From the IMG/VR virus record IMGVR_UViG_3300021791_000005, positions 1 to 37,619 of that record: a DNA stretch of 37,619 nt; one strand, given 5' to 3'. This DNA comes from a virus. Its lineage: Duplodnaviria; Caudoviricetes. How positions within the stretch are numbered: the stretch's first letter is position 1; each line of letters opens with the position of its first letter. Made by a program: the position numbers and the translations under genes. Of this stretch, positions 26,665-35,926 are shown in pieces. The notes below the pieces were generated by a model. That model saw nothing but the letters and a program-made list of their open reading frames with translations. It was not told the origin of the DNA and made no database searches.

Positions 26665-28196
26665 ACGCTTGGGCTAGGGACGAGGACATAGCCGGGGAGC
26701 CTACGCTTACCGTTGCGTCGGGAGGCAATCGAATCGTCGTGGCCTTTTGTACGGTGGAACATAACGGCGCAGGCGGCAATCCGAATACAGACGAGATTGA
26801 ACTCCCCGATGGTAGCACCACGGGACAGATCCATCCCACACTAAAGCTAGATGATACCGCGTTCACGTATTCACATGGGGAGACGACTGGGTACCCTTGG
26901 ACCTATTCAAACGCTCTCTTTGTTTTCTACTTGCTCGAATCAGATATCGCTTCTTTGACTGCCGGGGCAGCGTTTTCAATTGAATATGATTTCGATGATG
27001 CCAGTGGTACTAACTTCCCAGCTTCTGGCGGTGACGTAGTAAAGATACACTACGCTGCATACGAAAATGTTGATCAGACCGACCCATTTAGCGGTCAGGG
27101 AGGATTCGAGGGCTCGGACAGTCGAATACAGACGCAAGACGTACCAGATACCAACGCCTTAGAGAATGAGCAATGGCTTCTCTTCTGTTCGGGCGACAAA
27201 GAAGACTCTGAGTTTTCCATTACGAACGTCGCGCCAGCGACCTTCGCCTCCGAGTGGACTCCGGTTAGCACGTTAAATGACGGCTCTTCTCCAGCGACCA
27301 CCCATGAAGCTAGTTACGTCTTTGAACGTAATAATACCGATGCATCGACTGACGAGTGGGATGACATAACGGTTGATTCCACTGAGCCAACTCGTTTAGG
27401 CGTCATCTCCCTTGTCTTACAGAATGACGATGCTGTCAGTGGGCAAGACGCTACCGCTGAACTTGCTACAGCTACTTTTTCAGGTCTCTCAGCTACAGCC
27501 ACGCTTAGTACTCCTGCTAGCTTGGCAACTGCAAGTTTTACTGGGTTAGCAGCTACTGCTGAACTTAACTCTACAGCTAACCTGGCCACTGCTTCTTTTA
27601 CGGGATTGGCAGCTACATCCCAACTTAGCGCTACCGCTGGTTTAGCTACTGCTACATTTGAAGGCTTGGCTGCTACAGCAGCACAAGATTTGTTAGCTAA
27701 TGCTGAATTAGCCACAGCTACATTCGTTGGTTTGGCTGCTACTCCAAAGCTGAATGCTACAGCTGGTATAGCAACCGCCACGGCTGCTGGCCTATCAGCT
27801 ACTACTACACAAACTACAACAGCTAGCCTAGCTACAGTTACATTTAATGGCCTAAGCGCCACGCCTGAACTCAAAGCTGTATCTGGGTTAGCTACTTCTT
27901 CTTTTGTAGGATTGGAAGCTACTGCTGATATAGATGGCTTATCTGCTACCGCTGAATTAGCTACAGCGGAATTTGTCGGGCTATCAGCTACAGTTACGCT
28001 AAGTTCTACTGCTGGGTTAGCTTCTACAACCTTTGTTGGTTTGGCTGGGAGAACTGGTGAAATCCTAGTAGTTGGACAAACTACAGATACCCTTCTAAAC
28101 ACTGCTGTTATTAATGACACCTTTATGGATAAGACTTTGAGTAGAGATAGCAATATAACTATCACCTCAAACGAGGATGTATTCCTAGGAGCCTGA
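26646..28196 (+). CDS. Virion fibre/decoration protein with acidic N-terminal domain and Ala/Thr repeats
   Basis: AAGGA + GTG; about 10 repeats of A(G/E/S)LATATFxGL(A/S)AT. Confidence 0.7.
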   Translation: MAVSRINAWARDEDIAGEPTLTVASGGNRIVVAFCTVEHNGAGGNPNTDEIELPDGSTTGQIHPTLKLDDTAFTYSHGETTGYPWTYSNALFVFYLLESDIASLTAGAAFSIEYDFDDASGTNFPASGGDVVKIHYAAYENVDQTDPFSGQGGFEGSDSRIQTQDVPDTNALENEQWLLFCSGDKEDSEFSITNVAPATFASEWTPVSTLNDGSSPATTHEASYVFERNNTDASTDEWDDITVDSTEPTRLGVISLVLQNDDAVSGQDATAELATATFSGLSATATLSTPASLATASFTGLAATAELNSTANLATASFTGLAATSQLSATAGLATATFEGLAATAAQDLLANAELATATFVGLAATPKLNATAGIATATAAGLSATTTQTTTASLATVTFNGLSATPELKAVSGLATSSFVGLEATADIDGLSATAELATAEFVGLSATVTLSSTAGLASTTFVGLAGRTGEILVVGQTTDTLLNTAVINDTFMDKTLSRDSNITITSNEDVFLGA

Positions 28197-28198
28197 GA

Positions 28199-28513
28199 AT
28201 GACCCAGAAGACACTCACCAAGGGAGACCATACAACCTTCAGTACGACCTTTAAGAACGCTGAGACTGGCGCTGTGCTCGATTTCAGCTCTGGTCAGTCT
28301 GTTTTTCTCTATCGGTTCGATGATGGTGTTTGGTCCTCTGTTGCTTCTACTGGTGGTACCCTGTCGGAAGGCACTGCTACTTATCAATTCCCAGATGGTA
28401 TTCCAGAGTCTGGCCTGATGGAGTACAGGTTCCAGGCTGAAGATTCTGATTCGAAGAAATACACTGGGAATGATATTCAAAGAGTTAGAGTCCTGAAGGT
28501 AATGGGTAATTAG
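28199..28513 (+). CDS. Small Ig-like / BppU-N-like structural protein
   Basis: AGGAG RBS; KGDH...GAVLDFS...GTATY pattern. Confidence 0.55.
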   Translation: MTQKTLTKGDHTTFSTTFKNAETGAVLDFSSGQSVFLYRFDDGVWSSVASTGGTLSEGTATYQFPDGIPESGLMEYRFQAEDSDSKKYTGNDIQRVRVLKVMGN

Positions 28514-28532
28514 GTCTATACGGCTTCCCTTG

Positions 28533-28597
28533 CTATTCGCCTATCGACCCCTCCCCCCCCTTATAAGGGGGGGGGGATGGGTCGAAAAAGGCGATAG
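28533..28597. other. Large imperfect palindrome (C8-TTATAA-G10 core): origin candidate or bidirectional terminator
   Basis: CGCCT-TCGACCC-C8-TTATAA-G10-GGGTCGA-AGGCG between convergent operons. Confidence 0.6.
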
Positions 28598-28713
28598 TCG
28601 CAAGTTGGGCGGTAACAAGCACTTACATGATGGCGATTCTGCCGAAAAACGTCATAAGTCGTTTTCTCGTAAGGATATAAACCCCCATTTCGGGTTTGAA
28701 AGTTGGGTTGATG

Positions 28714-30045
28714 TTAGGTCAGCGACCACTTGCCATGCCCTACTTTTTCAATATATCCAGAGTCCGTTAACTTATTTAGTAGTTTAGACATAGACTGTGA
28801 TGTCTTCTTAAGTTTACGTGAGAGTTCGCTTGTGTCATAAACTACACCCCACCTCATTGAGCGTAAGATCTTCTCTTGTTCAGTACTTTTTAAATGTTTA
28901 CATGGGACAGCAGAGGGCGGTCTACCTGTCTCTGAGAAGGTCTCTCTTAACCAGAACTCTTTCTTGTTTGGTATCTTGGCATCCTTCATTTTTTCCCAAT
29001 CAAGAGTATATCTACCGTTACCGAGTTCTGTTTCTTGAGCTTTTATTACTGTATCTGCCGCTGCAAGAAGAGCGGTAGTGCCCCTAAGACCTCCTCCCTT
29101 ATTGGCATGATGAATTACCAAGTTAGCACAATTACAGGATATAATTATCGACTTAAGGCTTTCCAAGAATAAGTGCATATCCTGAGCACTATTATCATTA
29201 CCACCTATAAGTGCATGACTTAAGGTATCAATGACTATCAATGCTGGAGATTCATTTAAAGAATTAATGAAATCAACTAAATCGTAACCTCCACGTTTAA
29301 ATTTATCGTCGATACTCCAGGTATGAGACTCAATGATAATAAGGTTATTTAATTCTGAACTTGGGTTTCTTCGCATCCATGCGTGAAACCTCGCAGGTGC
29401 TCCTCCAGAGCCCTCTAGCAGCATGTAGAGCACTCCCCCCTTGCTAGTCTCCGAAGTCCCTCCTGTGGTCGCCAGAGACCATTGAGTGCCTGTTTGAATG
29501 CAGCACGCCCAATCTATTGCGACGAAGCTCTTTCCACTAGCGGGAGGGCCATAAAGTACTGTTAGACTATTTTTGGCAAGAGTATCGTCTATCAGCCATT
29601 CTGGTGGTGGACGGTTCAAGAAATGTTTAAGACGACACCAAGTAAATGGGGCTACTAATTCTGTCTTTTTCTCTTCAATATTATCTTCAATATTCTCTTC
29701 ATATAATTCCTCTGTATCTGTTCTATCAAACCAAATATCGACCAGTTCTTTTGCTGTCGATCGTTTGGTATTTTTAAGACTTAGATATCCGATAACAGAT
29801 AGTATCGTTTTGATATCGTCTTCTTTGTAGTCGTTAAGTCTTCCATTCATAAAGGCTTGCTTTGACCTATAAACAAGCATTTCCCATTGAGAAAGATTTA
29901 GTTCTGTTTCGTGATCTACCTCACTAAGTTGTTGTATGGTATTAAATAAAACCGGCTCTTTTAGAACTATAAGCTGTTCTTCTCCACGCTCTTTTCTTTC
30001 TAACTGTTCCATAAAAGAATGTTCCGTTACGGAAAATTTACCCAT
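28714..30045 (-). CDS. RepA-like AAA_25 (SF4) replicative helicase with C-terminal winged HTH
   Basis: EWLIDDTL, Walker A GPPASGKS, LIVIDTLS, VIHHANK, LRGTTAL. Confidence 0.88.
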   Translation of the reverse strand: MGKFSVTEHSFMEQLERKERGEEQLIVLKEPVLFNTIQQLSEVDHETELNLSQWEMLVYRSKQAFMNGRLNDYKEDDIKTILSVIGYLSLKNTKRSTAKELVDIWFDRTDTEELYEENIEDNIEEKKTELVAPFTWCRLKHFLNRPPPEWLIDDTLAKNSLTVLYGPPASGKSFVAIDWACCIQTGTQWSLATTGGTSETSKGGVLYMLLEGSGGAPARFHAWMRRNPSSELNNLIIIESHTWSIDDKFKRGGYDLVDFINSLNESPALIVIDTLSHALIGGNDNSAQDMHLFLESLKSIIISCNCANLVIHHANKGGGLRGTTALLAAADTVIKAQETELGNGRYTLDWEKMKDAKIPNKKEFWLRETFSETGRPPSAVPCKHLKSTEQEKILRSMRWGVVYDTSELSRKLKKTSQSMSKLLNKLTDSGYIEKVGHGKWSLT

Positions 30046-30063
30046 AGCCCGACATTGGTGGGA

Positions 30064-30123
30064 TTAGGGGTAAGAGTTCGAAAAGTAGTGTTTAGTATCT
30101 TTGTGTCGGGCTGAAGTGAACAT
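30064..30123 (-). CDS. Candidate 19-aa uORF / leader peptide (MFTSARHKDTKHYFSNSYP)
   Basis: AAGGAG 9 nt before ATG; in frame with helicase; ends CCC-TAA. Confidence 0.4.
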   Translation of the reverse strand: MFTSARHKDTKHYFSNSYP

Positions 30124-30182
30124 CTAGGGTATCTCCTTAAGAATATTTTACAAGAAATACCCTAGATAATTATTAATCCTGA

Positions 30183-31013
30183 TTAATTGATATCAATTCC
30201 GATTTTTGAAAGCATTAACTTTTCGTTATCTTTCAAATCTCTGTCAGACCAATTAATTTTTGAAAGTTTTTCTTTTTTATCTTCAAGTGTTATTCCACTA
30301 ATCTCATGAAGCTGACAGAGGATAGTGATTGTTTCAGAATTAGTTAGGCTTTCAGAGGGCATTAGATTTGAAGGATCAATACCATACCGTTGGTCATTCT
30401 TATCAACGATAACAGCAGATCTAACTCCGTCATCTACTTGGAATGATTCAATTACTCCGTCAATTGTTTGAGTCTTTCCAGATCCATCTTCAGAATCTAT
30501 ATAGGTAGATACCTTATCGCCTATTTGGAACAGAATCTCAGGTTCACTTGGAAAGTTTAATTCAGATCCATCGTCAACCTGATTGATATAGATATTTGTC
30601 CAACCTTCTTTCTCTGGGTCTTTATTAGGTTTTGTTCTGAACTCTGCTGTATATGTTGGAGCTCGTACACAAAGATCTTCTAATGATTTATTAACAGCCA
30701 TTGAGAAAGAATCGGTTTCACTATCTGGTTGTATTCCAAACTGTTGAAACCTCTTTGAGCATTCAGTAATTTTGAATGCAATATTAAGTGTTAGATATTC
30801 GTTATGTGTTGCCCCTTCATATTCTCCGTCAATAATTTTATGTTCCCATCTCAGCATCCAGTTACCTGCTTTACTGAGTTGGAACTGTGCGTCATGAAGT
30901 TGGCACTTATACTTCCCGTCTGGTATTTTTCTATAGTCACTAGTGTTTGAATCGTCTGGGGTATACCACTTACTTTTAATAGATTCCAAATGGTCATTAA
31001 GTTCTGGATGCAC
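30183..31013 (-). CDS. DUF669-like ssDNA-binding protein
   Basis: IPDGKY...SKAGNWML...IIDGEYEG; acidic; follows the AAA_24 gene. Confidence 0.75.
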   Translation of the reverse strand: MHPELNDHLESIKSKWYTPDDSNTSDYRKIPDGKYKCQLHDAQFQLSKAGNWMLRWEHKIIDGEYEGATHNEYLTLNIAFKITECSKRFQQFGIQPDSETDSFSMAVNKSLEDLCVRAPTYTAEFRTKPNKDPEKEGWTNIYINQVDDGSELNFPSEPEILFQIGDKVSTYIDSEDGSGKTQTIDGVIESFQVDDGVRSAVIVDKNDQRYGIDPSNLMPSESLTNSETITILCQLHEISGITLEDKKEKLSKINWSDRDLKDNEKLMLSKIGIDIN

Positions 31014-31038
31014 AATTGATCCTTTCTTAAATTAAAAA

Positions 31039-31947
31039 TTAGTTGGTGGTATTTTCCTGATCTTTTCTTTTTACAGATCGGATAAGTTTCTTATTTGAAT
31101 TGCTTGCGTCCTGAGCAGCCATTAAAGTTTGTGGGTCAAGTCCCTTATACTTACCAATAGCTGCTTCAAGAAACATTTCATAACCGTTAGTTTTTGTTAA
31201 TGGAAGTATGGTGGGTAAAGTGATGCCGTTAATAGGTCTTGAACCTGCAACGACAAGTTCATCGGGAGAAGTAAAAATTATCCGTATATCACTTCCTTTC
31301 ATATCTTTTGCATGACTTACATAAAATTGATTATCAACAATAGAACCCACTTCTGTTTTAGCTATCTTGCTTAACTTTGGTTCTATGATAGCAAATGATT
31401 CTCCAGACCTACGGTTTATGTCTTCTCTACTTGTATGAGCTGTAAATATAATCCCTCTACCTGTGTTTATAAGCCTTGTAAGCTGTCCTGAGAATTCCTT
31501 TCTAACAGCACTCCAAGACTTACCGAAGTCGTCTACGTCTCCAGGGTGAACAATACCAAGTTTCTTACTTACATATTCGAGACATTGATCGTAAGCACGT
31601 TCAACGGTATCAATTACTACGGTTTTAAATCTATCTGTTTTTTCTAATAGATCAACACCACGTCTAAGAATATCCCAGTTAGTAACTCCTCCATTCTCTC
31701 CATTAAAATTAAAGATAGTAAGACCTTTAGCTCCTGGCTCTGTCATGAAGAAGATTGCTTCAGGAAAAGAGGAGCACCAGGTCGTCTTGCCTATTTTAGG
31801 ATTACCGTATATTAGTGTGTGATAAAGGGAGGGATCAGTTATCGCCTTCTGTTTCTCTTCCGGAAGTAATATTGGATTTGTTTTTTGAATATCCTTCTTC
31901 GGTTGATTTGATTTTTTCCCATTCAACATTCTGATTTGCGCTGACAT
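31039..31947 (-). CDS. AAA_24 / Sak4-like ATPase
   Basis: LIYGNPKIGKTT, FKTVVIDT, IIFTAH. Confidence 0.85.
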   Translation of the reverse strand: MSAQIRMLNGKKSNQPKKDIQKTNPILLPEEKQKAITDPSLYHTLIYGNPKIGKTTWCSSFPEAIFFMTEPGAKGLTIFNFNGENGGVTNWDILRRGVDLLEKTDRFKTVVIDTVERAYDQCLEYVSKKLGIVHPGDVDDFGKSWSAVRKEFSGQLTRLINTGRGIIFTAHTSREDINRRSGESFAIIEPKLSKIAKTEVGSIVDNQFYVSHAKDMKGSDIRIIFTSPDELVVAGSRPINGITLPTILPLTKTNGYEMFLEAAIGKYKGLDPQTLMAAQDASNSNKKLIRSVKRKDQENTTN

Positions 31948-32896
31948 CAAAACCACCTTCTTTTAGTTCTTCATGTAAGATTCTATCTTGTGAATAACCT
32001 ACAGAAGTTCTAGTACTACAGAAATCAATGAATTCACATTTTCCTTTACCGTAACAAGAGTTAGTATTTCTATAAGTTATTCCGTCCTTGTGCCACTTTA
32101 CTAATTCAACTAGCTCAACATTAAGTTCTTTAGAGAATTGTCCAATCTCTTGTTTTGAATAGATAACTTCTTGTCTTTTAAAATAATGTTCTGGACGACT
32201 TTGTATATCTTCAATAATACGTTTAAAGAAATCACTTGGCTTGTCGTATTTCCTAGGACGAAGACCAGGATTTCTAATGTAATTTGCCATTACTCCTTTA
32301 AGTTCACTACGAACTAATTGATTAACAGCGGTAAGATAAAATGGTCTTTGAAAATCTAAAGAAGCTTCAAGGTGCATAGTCTCGTCTGTTAATTGGCTTC
32401 TTGTTTTACTTTCAAATAACCAGAAACCTTTCTTGTATACAAGAGCATCAATTTTCCCTTTACGTGATGGAATCCACCTATCAATTGTCTTTAGTTTTTT
32501 AGTATTAAGTGTTTTAGAAGGTATAGTGAATGTTTGTTCTACTGCACAGAATCCAAGTTCTTCATCTATGCTTTGATACCAATCTGTATATCCTTTCCAA
32601 GTAGCTTCTATCTTTGAAAGCTCGAGCTCATCTTCTTGTGATGTACATTCGTTGTCGTATCTTTGTAATAGCTCTCTTATATTAAGCCCATATGGGTTCC
32701 AACCCTTTCCACTAGCTACGTCTTTATAAAGACTCTCCATAAGTTCGTGGAATCTTGATCCAAAAATAAGGTACTTAGATTTTGGACCCTTCTTTTGCCA
32801 TTTATTTATTTTTAATCTATATCGTTCTCTACAATCTTTAAAGTCACGAAGCATTGATTGGGTAACGCCTTGTCGAAGAGTGTATTTATCAGCCAT
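31835..32896 (-). CDS. PD-(D/E)XK Cas4/RecB-like exonuclease with probable Fe-S cluster
   Basis: FGSRFH, GKIDAL, FESKT, Q..FY; one N-terminal and three C-terminal Cys. Confidence 0.85.
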   Translation of the reverse strand: MADKYTLRQGVTQSMLRDFKDCRERYRLKINKWQKKGPKSKYLIFGSRFHELMESLYKDVASGKGWNPYGLNIRELLQRYDNECTSQEDELELSKIEATWKGYTDWYQSIDEELGFCAVEQTFTIPSKTLNTKKLKTIDRWIPSRKGKIDALVYKKGFWLFESKTRSQLTDETMHLEASLDFQRPFYLTAVNQLVRSELKGVMANYIRNPGLRPRKYDKPSDFFKRIIEDIQSRPEHYFKRQEVIYSKQEIGQFSKELNVELVELVKWHKDGITYRNTNSCYGKGKCEFIDFCSTRTSVGYSQDRILHEELKEGGFDVSANQNVEWEKIKSTEEGYSKNKSNITSGRETEGDN

Positions 32897-33399
32897 TAGT
32901 TACCTGATAATTTCCCTAATAAGAAAAACCCTATACCAATAGCATCGGTTTCATGATCTCGTAGCGTTATAGTGTATTCCTGTCCTGGTAGTGCATTATC
33001 TTCTACGTATTTAGAGATAATCCTTCTTACTCGTTCTTTTACTACCTTTTTTGTTAATTGACCTTTCCATGCTGTAGGTTTAACAAAGACAGGCCATGGG
33101 CATCCGCCCAAGTAAAGTGCTGTAGCTATAGCGCCAGTAACATGAGCCAATTTGAAGATATCGCCCTTACGTACAGCTACTGATTTGCTTGGGTAATATT
33201 CTTGTGACTCTATAAAAACGATACCTATATCAAATTTAAGAGAAAGACTTTGGAAGCTATCTACTATTTCCCAATACTCGTCTTTTCTTATTACTCCAGT
33301 GGCGAATGGTACTAACTCTTCTTCGGTTAGGTTTTTCCAGTAACTCCAGCCACTAGCCGTTTTACCTGGGTCTATTGTTAATACATGTTGAAATTCCAT
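32896..33399 (-). CDS. RuvC-like Holliday junction resolvase
   Basis: LTIDPG, VFIE, PTAWKG, HETDAIGIG. Confidence 0.85.
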   Translation of the reverse strand: MEFQHVLTIDPGKTASGWSYWKNLTEEELVPFATGVIRKDEYWEIVDSFQSLSLKFDIGIVFIESQEYYPSKSVAVRKGDIFKLAHVTGAIATALYLGGCPWPVFVKPTAWKGQLTKKVVKERVRRIISKYVEDNALPGQEYTITLRDHETDAIGIGFFLLGKLSGN

Positions 33400-34783
33400 T
33401 TAATTCAACACCTTCTATTAGTTCTCTTCTCTTCTTACGAAGTATTTCGAATACTTTATCAAGAAAGGCAATTCCATGTTGATCTTTAGATTGAAGAGCT
33501 TCATATACAGCTTCGTCAATTGTACCTTCACTTATAAGAGACAAGATCAAAACTCCTTTCTTTGTCAAATCACCAAGTATTCTATCTTGTGATTGACTCC
33601 AAGCTAGAGAGCTCGTTGGTAAGGAATAATAAATTGCTGTATTAGCTTTACCCAGTTCAATGCCTGTTTCAGCTATCTTGATTTGACAGAGCAGTATACG
33701 TTTTTTACCCTGTCTAAATGATTCGAATCTACGTTCTCTTTCCTCCATACTTATAGAGCCCTCGACCCATACAACTTCTTTTCCTAACATATCTTTTGCA
33801 GCGTGTAGTTCGTTGTTATAACAAAACCAAACTACAACACTCTCTTCAGATAGCTCTCCTTCTAATAGGTCTTTAAGGCCATTAAGTTTTGATTTATCTA
33901 TAACCTTTTTATCAAACATTCCTCCTGCTATTTGTCTTAACCATCCGTACTTTACAATTTGCCATTGGGTAACCTTTACTTCTCCTGTGCTATAAGGGCC
34001 TGCTGGCGTTAATGTTATTTGGAATTCTTCGTCAGCTTCTTTGTAAAGTCGACGTGCTTGTCCGGATAGATTAAAGTGCCTGTTTTGATATATTTTAGGT
34101 ACGTCAAGATTCACATGTTCTCGACGTAGGACACAAGCACGACGACTAATTTCATTTTTAATTTTTACAGCGACACCACGTTTAGGTCTCCAGTCATATC
34201 CTATTTCGTAAAAGTATCGTTGTCGCCATTGCCAAAAGTTAGTACAGCCCATCCAAGAACCGTTATTGGCAAATGCTATTTGAGGCCAGTAGTCCAACAA
34301 TCTATTTTGTGGATCTGGACGGCCAGCCATTACTATTCTTTTCTTAGTATTATTAAAGTTAGTTAAAAAGTATTTAGTTATTTGAGTGTCTGGATACCTG
34401 ATACAAGAAGCACTTTCATCTAATACAACAAGATCCCAAGGTAATTGTCCTATTATTCCACAGGACCTATGAATCTCTTTATTGACCAGTGTCCATCTTG
34501 TGCTATCAGAAGAGAATTGATCTGTAAGTGTTTTAACTTTCTTCTTTCTGTTTCCAAGAACACGAGTCCACGATTCATTTTCTACGTCTAATTCTCTCTG
34601 CCAACTACCGAGGGCAGAGCTTGGAGCGACAACGAGTATATGTTTAAACTTAACATTAGGTTGGTTGGCATACCTAATAACACACAGTGTTTTACCGAGT
34701 CTCATTTCAACCCAAAGAACAGGGGAGTATACACTATTCATATATTCCAATATGTCTTTTTGGTAGGGTCTAAGTTCTCTCAT
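33362..34783 (-). CDS. SNF2-family helicase
   Basis: LRPYQ, EMRLGKT, VVLDES, AGRP, QSQDRI, GTIDE. Confidence 0.9.
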   Translation of the reverse strand: MRELRPYQKDILEYMNSVYSPVLWVEMRLGKTLCVIRYANQPNVKFKHILVVAPSSALGSWQRELDVENESWTRVLGNRKKKVKTLTDQFSSDSTRWTLVNKEIHRSCGIIGQLPWDLVVLDESASCIRYPDTQITKYFLTNFNNTKKRIVMAGRPDPQNRLLDYWPQIAFANNGSWMGCTNFWQWRQRYFYEIGYDWRPKRGVAVKIKNEISRRACVLRREHVNLDVPKIYQNRHFNLSGQARRLYKEADEEFQITLTPAGPYSTGEVKVTQWQIVKYGWLRQIAGGMFDKKVIDKSKLNGLKDLLEGELSEESVVVWFCYNNELHAAKDMLGKEVVWVEGSISMEERERRFESFRQGKKRILLCQIKIAETGIELGKANTAIYYSLPTSSLAWSQSQDRILGDLTKKGVLILSLISEGTIDEAVYEALQSKDQHGIAFLDKVFEILRKKRRELIEGVELNGISTCINNRPR

Positions 34784-34800
34784 TTTATAAATTTAATGAT

Positions 34801-34843
34801 CCGGCCACTAGCTTGAGTTAATTAAACGGCCACCATCTTGAGT
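34801..34843. repeat. Pair of 17-bp motifs CGGCCACYA(T/G)CTTGAGT
   Basis: Copies at 34802-34818 and 34827-34843; second pair at 37087-37123. Confidence 0.9.
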
Positions 34844-34876
34844 AAAAAAACCCTACGGTATAGATATACCGTAGGG
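34844..34876 (-). terminator. Intrinsic terminator
   Basis: CCCTACGGTAT/ATACCGTAGGG stem followed by T7 on the - strand. Confidence 0.85.
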
Positions 34877-34896
34877 ATAAAGGAAAGGAAAATGAG

Positions 34897-35145
34897 TTAA
34901 GTCTTATTTTGTATCTTCTTCTTACTTCTTTTCTTCTTTGGTCTTCCTATTTTCCGCTTCTTTTCTGCCCATTCAATTAATGAATTAGTGTTATAGAGTC
35001 TACCAAGTGGAGTTTCTATTACATCTTTAATGTCTCCTCTGGCTGTTACTCTTCTAATCCAGGATGTACTTTTACCAACAAATCTTGCAGCTTCAGCGGC
35101 TGTAAGTACTGGTAGTTTAATAGGGTCATTTCCAGAAGTACTCAT
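34897..35145 (-). CDS. Excisionase/MerR-like HTH DNA-binding protein with basic tail
   Basis: LTAAEAARFVGKSTSWIRR; C-terminal GRPKKKR. Confidence 0.8.
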   Translation of the reverse strand: MSTSGNDPIKLPVLTAAEAARFVGKSTSWIRRVTARGDIKDVIETPLGRLYNTNSLIEWAEKKRKIGRPKKKRSKKKIQNKT

Positions 35146-35900
35146 TAGTGATTAAAGAAACCAATACCTTTAATTTTCTGTTTTTCTACAGACCATATTT
35201 TATGGTTTACAGAACAGAGCCCACATTCGTTGCATTGAATCGGTTCCTCAACTCCTTTAATTTTCTGTGTTTGATTCATACAGGCAAGTAATGCTGTACC
35301 TTTAGAGGTGTAATAGATGTTGTTTTTATTCTTTGGTGTATCTTCAGGGATTATAGCAGCTGGGATAAAACCTTTATTAATAGCTTCGTCAGCTTGATCT
35401 ATATTGTCACATGAAGCCATTAAGCTATTCTTTAATCCTCTATTGTTCCAGTCTTTCCAGAAGTGAGTGTACCCAATAATATCTAGTGGTTCTTTGCGTA
35501 TACGTTTTATTGTAGAGTTAAGTTCTTTTCTGTCAGCTCTTGCTGGGTCACCAATAGAGGACACTCTAAAATATTTAGATCTATGACTTCTATTTTTAAG
35601 TGCATATTCAAGTGTGTATCTTCCACCGTTCTTTGTAGCTTTAGTTCCTACCATAGTGGTATGAGACTTGCCATTTGTAGCGGAAAGATAAGCAGCTCCA
35701 GTGGACAATTTAACAGTACCGCTCCATGCGTAGCATTTAAACTCTCTTGTATCTTTTATCTTCTTGTTTGGACGGAACAATGCACAGCCAGTACAAGATT
35801 GTTTTGTTTGTTTTATTGATTGACCGACACAAGCTGTAGGTATGTTGCCTGTTTTAGAGTTCCTTGTACCAGGCTGAAACCATAGTTTTATTTTAGTCAT
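35145..35900 (-). CDS. Cys-rich GP88-like putative Fe-S protein
   Basis: NSKTG, SCTGC..CYA, FRVSSIGD, GYTH, ASCD and CNECGLC motifs. Confidence 0.65.
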   Translation of the reverse strand: MTKIKLWFQPGTRNSKTGNIPTACVGQSIKQTKQSCTGCALFRPNKKIKDTREFKCYAWSGTVKLSTGAAYLSATNGKSHTTMVGTKATKNGGRYTLEYALKNRSHRSKYFRVSSIGDPARADRKELNSTIKRIRKEPLDIIGYTHFWKDWNNRGLKNSLMASCDNIDQADEAINKGFIPAAIIPEDTPKNKNNIYYTSKGTALLACMNQTQKIKGVEEPIQCNECGLCSVNHKIWSVEKQKIKGIGFFNH

Positions 35901-35926
35901 TCCCTTACCTTTTTATTGGTCTATAA

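Noticed and set aside
27314-28480. 388-aa antisense ORF
   Set aside because: Shadow of GCT/ACT-rich repeat codons on the + strand; spans two sense genes
28530-28787. 85-aa ORF across the palindrome
   Set aside because: TTG start, runs through C/G homopolymers and overlaps the helicase end on the opposite strand
31835-32896. Cas4-like gene as part of a CRISPR-Cas system
   Set aside because: No array or other cas genes; such nucleases are routine in phage recombination modules beside Sak4-like ATPases
34801-34843. Motif as sigma54 promoter or mini-CRISPR repeat
   Set aside because: Has GG-N10-GA rather than GG-N10-GC and would point antisense into a terminator; gaps of 3-8 nt are too short for spacers
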